IMG/VR virus record: IMGVR_UViG_3300030095_006218
Strand: one strand, 5' to 3'
DNA from: an uncultured virus (IMG/VR IMGVR_UViG_3300030095_006218)
Lineage: Duplodnaviria; Heunggongvirae; Uroviricota; Caudoviricetes
DNA: 64,000 bases
This document shows, piece after piece, positions 59,156 through 64,000 of the stretch. Position numbers and translations under genes: made by a program. Each line of letters opens with the position of its first letter. Position 1 is the first letter of the stretch. The notes under the pieces are model-generated. The model saw only the letters and a program-made list of their open reading frames with translations. It searched no databases and was not told the DNA's origin.

Positions 59156-59880
59156 ATATCACCCTTATCCCACTTAGTCTTAAATGTGCGATATTTAGCT
59201 CGCATTTTATTCAAATTGTTTACAATTTGCTTTGTGTTAAGTCCAGTTATCTCTCTAAGGTATAAGTAAATAGCTTTCTTATTAAAAATCTCAATATCTT
59301 CCGAGCTTTCTAACAAAATCTTTATCGCTTCTAATACCTTTTTTTCATTAGGTTTTAGATTGCCTGTATCCCAACTATCAATCTCTTTCCAAAAATGAAT
59401 CCAAAATTCTTGTTTTTCTCTTTCTTTATGATATTGTGGCTCCATTGATAAGTACTCTAGCTCGCGAGCTTTAGAGATGGTTTCAATTTCTACTTCTCTG
59501 CTAAGTTTTCTTGAATTTTTCTTGACTTTGTGTATAAACCAATTTTTTGTAATTACACTAAAATAAGAAAAGGCCTTAGAGCCCTTTGAAGGATCATACT
59601 TTCCTATGATCGTCGTTAGCCAAATTTTACATTCCTCTCTCAAGGCTTCTGAGTTTGGCAAGCTTGTAAATTTATATGTGAACACGATTTTATCCACCAT
59701 TTCACCAAATGCCGGCTGTATATATTCTTCATACAGTTGTGCCCTTACCATAGGATCTTCTGTTTGCGAATATTTAATAATTGCATCTTCGTGGACTTTT
59801 GTAAAGTAAAGTCTCTTAGTACGCTTGCGACGTTTTCTACGTGGGGGTGAGGATGCTACCGGGGTCGTCTTCTTCGACAT
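59152..59880 (-). CDS. Phage sigma factor (late, gp55-like / sigma70 region 2)
   Basis: YF....E.AI..Y, 'KYDPSKGSKAFSYFSVITKNWFI' region 2-like motif and a C-terminal HTH-like LREITGLNTKQI. ATG at 59880 (alternative TTG at 59883). Confidence 0.7.
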   Translation of the reverse strand: MSKKTTPVASSPPRRKRRKRTKRLYFTKVHEDAIIKYSQTEDPMVRAQLYEEYIQPAFGEMVDKIVFTYKFTSLPNSEALREECKIWLTTIIGKYDPSKGSKAFSYFSVITKNWFIHKVKKNSRKLSREVEIETISKARELEYLSMEPQYHKEREKQEFWIHFWKEIDSWDTGNLKPNEKKVLEAIKILLESSEDIEIFNKKAIYLYLREITGLNTKQIVNNLNKMRAKYRTFKTKWDKGDI

Positions 59881-60193
59881 CAATATTTATCTCCCAATTT
59901 TCTTCTGTAACTGAATACGACCCATAAAAGTCTTCTAATTGATTTGCAAAGTCTGTAGAATGTTGTAGTAAAAATTCTATTGTTTCGTCTCCATAAAAAG
60001 TTTCCAATTCTGAAACTGCTTGCACATGTTTCCGAAAATTTCTAGACATTTGCAATATATCTCCAATATTCTGTGATACATATACCATTCTTCCTATCAT
60101 TCTCCTGACATACCAAAACAGTATGCCATTTGCAACAACGGAAACAAACAATAGAAATATTGGAATAATAACTATCTTTGGTGGCATTGTCAT
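59837..60193 (-). CDS. Membrane-anchored hypothetical protein
   Basis: N-terminal TM segment IVIIPIFLLFVSVVANGILFWYV. Confidence 0.65.
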   Translation of the reverse strand: MTMPPKIVIIPIFLLFVSVVANGILFWYVRRMIGRMVYVSQNIGDILQMSRNFRKHVQAVSELETFYGDETIEFLLQHSTDFANQLEDFYGSYSVTEENWEINIDVEEDDPGSILTPT

Positions 60194-60454
60194 TTATTTA
60201 TACTCTTCATTTTTTAATCTCTGCTTTTCTTTTTTAAGTTCTTTTTTCGTTTCCTCTATGTGTCTTTTGACCAAGGCTCCGGGCTTCTGGTTTGAATTTG
60301 TCACCTTGTTTGTAACACAGTAAGGAATTGATGGGATGCGCACTAATACATCTATGTTATCACACTCTGTACAATTAGTTAAGCTCTCACCCATAGGATG
60401 ACGTACTTCTTGTATGTGCTCACACTCAGAGCACTTATAAGTGTATAGCGGCAC
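60194..60454 (-). CDS. FmdB-family zinc ribbon protein
   Basis: MPLYTYKCSECEH...CTEC, GTG start. Confidence 0.85.
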   Translation of the reverse strand: MPLYTYKCSECEHIQEVRHPMGESLTNCTECDNIDVLVRIPSIPYCVTNKVTNSNQKPGALVKRHIEETKKELKKEKQRLKNEEYK

Positions 60455-60661
60455 TTATTCTGCCGTCAAATCCATCTCTCCGGTTTGGATATCCGGGGNN
60501 NNNNNNNNCAGCCGATAGACAGGCGGGTTTTTAACAATTAATCCATCATCAGATTTGTCAAAATCAAAGCTGAATAACATCGGCACGATGTCGGTTTGCT
60601 CCATAAGAGACTTTTGTAGCGCTACCATAATACAATTTAACGCTTGATTACTAAGTTTCAT
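60455..60661 (-). CDS. Hypothetical protein (3' end uncertain because it spans an N gap)
   Basis: AAGGAG SD and ATGA overlap with nadE; interrupted by 10 Ns. Confidence 0.55.
   Translation of the reverse strand: MKLSNQALNCIMVALQKSLMEQTDIVPMLFSFDFDKSDDGLIVKNPPVYRLXXXXPDIQTGEMDLTAE
60499..60508. other. Assembly/scaffold gap (10 N)
   Basis: Run of n in the sequence. Confidence 0.99.
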
Positions 60662-61443
60662 TTTTTCTCCTTATTGCTTAGTGTGCACACTGGGGGCATT
60701 GACATTTTATGTGAGTTGCCCTTGTGCAATTTTGTGTAAATTTTTAATACTTCTTTTTTCCGATCGCTCAATGCACTCTCAAAGTTGAATCCGTTTAGGT
60801 CATAATAGTTAAGAGCCCATTCTAATTCTTCATAGGATGCACCTATTTGCTGTTCGTCTGTTCGGCCATCGTTCCACAACCCATCTGACGGGGGTGCATT
60901 TAATATCGATGGGTGTATCTGTAGGTATCGCGCAATCTCGTATACTTCGGATTTCAGCAAATTTCCAATTGGTGACAGATCAACTCCGCCGTCGCCGTAC
61001 TTAGTAAAAAAGCCTATTCCATAATCTTCTACTTTGTTTCCGGTACCGACTACCAAATATTCTAAAGAATTTGCCATGGCATATAATGTCACCATTCTAA
61101 GTCTAGATCTGCTGTTAGCTTTGGCCAAATCATTTACTTCTGGCAGACAGTCAATAAAATTATCATACGCCGCCGTTAAATCAATTGTGTCCTGACATGC
61201 ATTGCCAAAACCACTGGTTAGCCAGTTCATGTGAGTTCCGGCTCGATTTAGCTGCGCCTCATCTTGGTTAATAGGCATACTCAGTGTGACAACATTGGCA
61301 CCAGTCATGCAGCAAAGAGTTGATGTAACCGCAGAGTCAACACCGCCCGAAACACCTACTACAAATCCTTTTGTCTTGGACTTTTTGTTGTACTCTGTCA
61401 ACCAATCTACAATTGAATCAATTTTCTCACTTACTGTCAGCAT
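60658..61443 (-). CDS. nadE: NH3-dependent NAD+ synthetase
   Basis: GVSGGVDS PP-loop, N.RSRLRM..LY, GTGNKVE, GFFTKYGDG, PIGNL.K.EV and PSDGLW...TDE.QIG.SY.ELE. Confidence 0.92.
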   Translation of the reverse strand: MLTVSEKIDSIVDWLTEYNKKSKTKGFVVGVSGGVDSAVTSTLCCMTGANVVTLSMPINQDEAQLNRAGTHMNWLTSGFGNACQDTIDLTAAYDNFIDCLPEVNDLAKANSRSRLRMVTLYAMANSLEYLVVGTGNKVEDYGIGFFTKYGDGGVDLSPIGNLLKSEVYEIARYLQIHPSILNAPPSDGLWNDGRTDEQQIGASYEELEWALNYYDLNGFNFESALSDRKKEVLKIYTKLHKGNSHKMSMPPVCTLSNKEKK

Positions 61444-62395
61444 CTACTTGCTCCTTAATCCAAGAGTATGTCTTTCGCATCCCATCAAGCAGCGGCTCAG
61501 TAGGTGCCCAGCCAAGCTTTTCTTTAATGAGGCGATTATCTGAGTTACGGCCGCGGACTCCTAGTGGGCCGGGAATATGTTTAATTTTTAACTCTTTGCC
61601 AGAAATATCAATGGCCATCTGTGCAAAATCTTTAATAGATATCATTTCATCAGAGCCAATGTTTACCGGACCTTCAAAATCAGATTCCATAAAACGACGT
61701 ACGCCCTCTAAACATTCATCGATATATAGAAATGAACGCGTCTGTGTTCCATCTCCCCACACTTCAATATGTCCACCATTCTCACCTGCTGCGGCCTTGC
61801 GACACATAGCCGCGGGTGCTTTTTCACGGCCCCCGTCCCATGTACCCTCTGGTCCAAATATGTTATGGAAGCGTGCAATACGAATATTTAAGCCGTAGTT
61901 TCGCGCGAATGCCAAAAACAATCTTTCACTAAAAAGTTTTTCCCATCCATACTCACTGTCAGGATTCGCAGGATATGCTGAGTCCTCGGAGCAATTTGGA
62001 TTATCTGGATCCATCTGATTATGCTCTGGGTACATACATGCGGAAGAAGAGTAGAAAATCTTTCTTACACCTTTTTTAGCAGATTCGTGGGCAATATTTA
62101 AGTTAATAAGCGCTGAATTGTGCATGATATCAGCATCGTTATCACCTGTAAAAACAAAACCAGCGCCGCCCATATCTGCAGCTAGTTGGTAAATCTCATC
62201 CATTTCCTCATCAACTGCTGCTGCTACAACTGTCGGGTCTCTAAGATCTCCGACAATAAATTCGTCAGCATGAGAGGTACAAAATTCATGATTCTTTAAA
62301 TCCACACCGCGGACCCAATATCCCTCTTTTTTTAATCTCTTAACTAAATGGCCCCCAATAAAACCACCTGCTCCGCACACCAATGCTTTTTTCAT
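61427..62395 (-). CDS. GDP-mannose 3,5-epimerase-like extended SDR
   Basis: GAGGFIG, LAADMGG, SSACMYPE, YGWEK, RFHNIFGPEGTWDGGREKAPAA, WGDGTQTRSF and GVRGRNSDN. Confidence 0.88.
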   Translation of the reverse strand: MKKALVCGAGGFIGGHLVKRLKKEGYWVRGVDLKNHEFCTSHADEFIVGDLRDPTVVAAAVDEEMDEIYQLAADMGGAGFVFTGDNDADIMHNSALINLNIAHESAKKGVRKIFYSSSACMYPEHNQMDPDNPNCSEDSAYPANPDSEYGWEKLFSERLFLAFARNYGLNIRIARFHNIFGPEGTWDGGREKAPAAMCRKAAAGENGGHIEVWGDGTQTRSFLYIDECLEGVRRFMESDFEGPVNIGSDEMISIKDFAQMAIDISGKELKIKHIPGPLGVRGRNSDNRLIKEKLGWAPTEPLLDGMRKTYSWIKEQVDADSK

Positions 62396-62398
62396 TAT

Positions 62399-62764
62399 CT
62401 AATCTCCTTTTAAAATTCTATGGCTGTCGCTATCAAAATGTTGTGTCGAAAATTCAAACAATTCAGAGTCTTGTAAGGCGACCATTTGGTGCCTCAATCC
62501 CCGGTAAACATGAAAGTTTTCACCGGGATTTAATATTAATTGTTTTGCATTTGTTATGTCATCTTCGTTAGAATAGTATATCATCATTTTGCCAGATTGT
62601 AAATAAAAGACTTCATCTTTTAATATGTGATAGTGCCACGAACAACGTTTACCGTTATTAAAAAATAATAACTTTCCACAATATTCTTCATTATTAACAA
62701 TCCAGCGTTCCCAGCCCCAACCTTTGTCGACGTGTTTCATTGTTAAATTTATACTATTGCTCAC
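62399..62764 (-). CDS. Cupin-fold sugar isomerase-like protein
   Basis: KGWG.E, YCGK.L, CSWHYH..KDE.FY and H.M.AL cupin motifs. Confidence 0.8.
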   Translation of the reverse strand: MSNSINLTMKHVDKGWGWERWIVNNEEYCGKLLFFNNGKRCSWHYHILKDEVFYLQSGKMMIYYSNEDDITNAKQLILNPGENFHVYRGLRHQMVALQDSELFEFSTQHFDSDSHRILKGD

Positions 62765-63117
62765 TTTCTAGCACTCTCCATTGTTGTGAAAAAATCGACG
62801 TCGCGCATGGCCTTATCATCAATGTATACATCGCCATCGGGCTTTCCCAAAAATAAAGAATGATATTTAATACCCCAAGAGTCAAGTTGTTGTTTGGTTA
62901 AATCAAAAAATACTTTATATGCATAGGCAGAAGAATTATCACTTCGGCCCATACCCCTTGCTGTTTGAAATATTATCTTATTCCCCTCATCATATAAATT
63001 ATTTATGAGTGTTATCCTATCCATGAAGGGTTCTGCCTTATCATAATCTGGAAGATCTGTACCTTCTATTAAAGGGGATGTGCATATTGTCTCGTCTATA
63101 TCAAATACGTATGTCAT
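62761..63117 (-). CDS. HAD-superfamily phosphatase (capsule-biosynthesis type)
   Basis: FDIDETIC, TARG and GKP.GD.YIDDKA. Confidence 0.8.
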   Translation of the reverse strand: MTYVFDIDETICTSPLIEGTDLPDYDKAEPFMDRITLINNLYDEGNKIIFQTARGMGRSDNSSAYAYKVFFDLTKQQLDSWGIKYHSLFLGKPDGDVYIDDKAMRDVDFFTTMESARK

Positions 63118-63123
63118 GTTCCT

Positions 63124-63999
63124 TCACCATATAAATTTTTCTTTGTAATAATTAACAATTTTGTCTACCTCTTCATCAAACTTTTTTTGTGGGCGCCAAC
63201 CGATTGATTTTAACTTGCTATCATCTAAAGCATATCGTACATCCTGACCTTCCCTGCGAGCATTGAGGTTTACATATTGCTCCCAGTCATCTACCGAACC
63301 ATAATATGATTTAATTATTTTCTTTACAGTATCAACGTTTGTTTGTTCGAACCCGCCTGAGACATTATATATCTCATTTATTTTTCCCGCTTCTATAATG
63401 CTCATTACGGCTGTCGCAGTATCTTCTGCATGTAGCCAATTTCTAATCGGTGTGCCGGCATTGTGCAAGCGTATCTTCTTTCCTCGAACCAAGTTTTTAA
63501 CAGAAAGAGGAATTAATTTTTCGGGAAACTGCCCTATTCCATAATTGTTTGTTGGGCGCAGTATTATGTAATCAATGTTATATGTTCTGGCCCATGCATG
63601 TATCAGCATATCGGCAGATGCTTTGGCAGCAGAATACGGATTACTGGGCTTTAAAAGATCCTGTTCTGTATGCGCACCGGAATCGATATCACCATATACC
63701 TCATCTGTACTGATATGAAAAAAGACTGGACGATCATTGCAATTTATTGGCTTAAACCTAATCAAGTCTAGTAAATTTTTTACTCCAACAACATTGCTGG
63801 AGATAAAGTCATCGCTATTAACTATACTATTACCAACGTGTGACTCAGCAGCAAAGTTAATTACATAATCGCAGTCGTGCAAGAATTTTAGATTTTTAAT
63901 GTCTCTACGTTCAAACGTAAAATTTGGATATTTGTTAAATTCTTCTAGAAGTTCCAAGTTCGCCGCATATGTGACCTTATCAACACCACGGACTAACCA
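63124..63999 (-). CDS. rmlB: dTDP-glucose 4,6-dehydratase (5' end beyond the window)
   Basis: The frame stays open to the edge (..VRGVDKVTYAAN). Motifs FAAESHV, ISTDEVYG, PYSAAKA, NNYG..QFPEKLIP and R.GQD.RY. Confidence 0.9.
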   Translation of the reverse strand, partial: WLVRGVDKVTYAANLELLEEFNKYPNFTFERRDIKNLKFLHDCDYVINFAAESHVGNSIVNSDDFISSNVVGVKNLLDLIRFKPINCNDRPVFFHISTDEVYGDIDSGAHTEQDLLKPSNPYSAAKASADMLIHAWARTYNIDYIILRPTNNYGIGQFPEKLIPLSVKNLVRGKKIRLHNAGTPIRNWLHAEDTATAVMSIIEAGKINEIYNVSGGFEQTNVDTVKKIIKSYYGSVDDWEQYVNLNARREGQDVRYALDDSKLKSIGWRPQKKFDEEVDKIVNYYKEKFIW

Positions 64000-64000
64000 C

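Noticed and set aside
59820..59860. NLS-like basic patches (sigma N-terminus PPRRKRRKRTKR and others) as evidence for a eukaryotic host
   Set aside because: SD-led operons, bS21, a sigma factor and a peptidoglycan hydrolase indicate a bacterial host.
74..62571. All plus-strand ORFs and nested short minus-strand ORFs in the track (e.g. 516..947, 2447..2977, 22499..23026, 61371..61898, 49251..49433)
   Set aside because: They are antisense or out-of-frame shadows of long, motif-bearing minus-strand genes and have no recognisable motifs.
1..64000. Stop-codon reassignment, introns, inteins or tRNAs
   Set aside because: TAA, TAG and TGA all end genes at tight junctions, core genes are uninterrupted and of normal size, and no intergenic gap shows a tRNA-like sequence.
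1..64000. Apparent excess of GCCGGC and GGCGCC
   Set aside because: Plausibly explained by Ala-Gly/Gly-Ala-rich proteins and codon choice; I cannot show enrichment without a computed background.

Overview
The window is a dense, entirely minus-strand segment of a large tailed dsDNA phage (T4-superfamily-like myovirus architecture, standard code 11). In transcription order (right to left) it holds: (1) sugar-nucleotide and metabolic genes (dTDP-glucose 4,6-dehydratase cut by the window edge, HAD phosphatase, cupin, GDP-mannose 3,5-epimerase, NAD+ synthetase); (2) a gp55-like sigma factor; (3) a baseplate/tail block (gp5-like OB-fold plus lytic transglycosylase, spike-like protein, 2114-aa protein, gp25-like, gp6-like, a 4220-aa multi-LamG protein and others); (4) RuvC-like resolvase, primase and a fused Mre11-Rad50; (5) a holin/spanin-like trio; (6) terminase, portal and prohead protease; (7) ribosomal protein bS21; (8) fibre genes. 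I saw no major capsid, sheath, tRNA, rRNA, CRISPR array or mobile element. Signals beyond the gene list: a recurring CTAATTA late-promoter-like motif; strong enrichment of [S/T]-[G/A/S]-S tripeptides in predicted surface virion proteins only (candidate glycosylation sequon); near-total CCWGG avoidance; an unannotated 22-aa Cys-Cys peptide or -1 frameshift extension plus a GC hairpin before the prohead protease; and a DUF3751-like domain apparently split across genes. All family assignments come from motif recognition by eye, not database searches.
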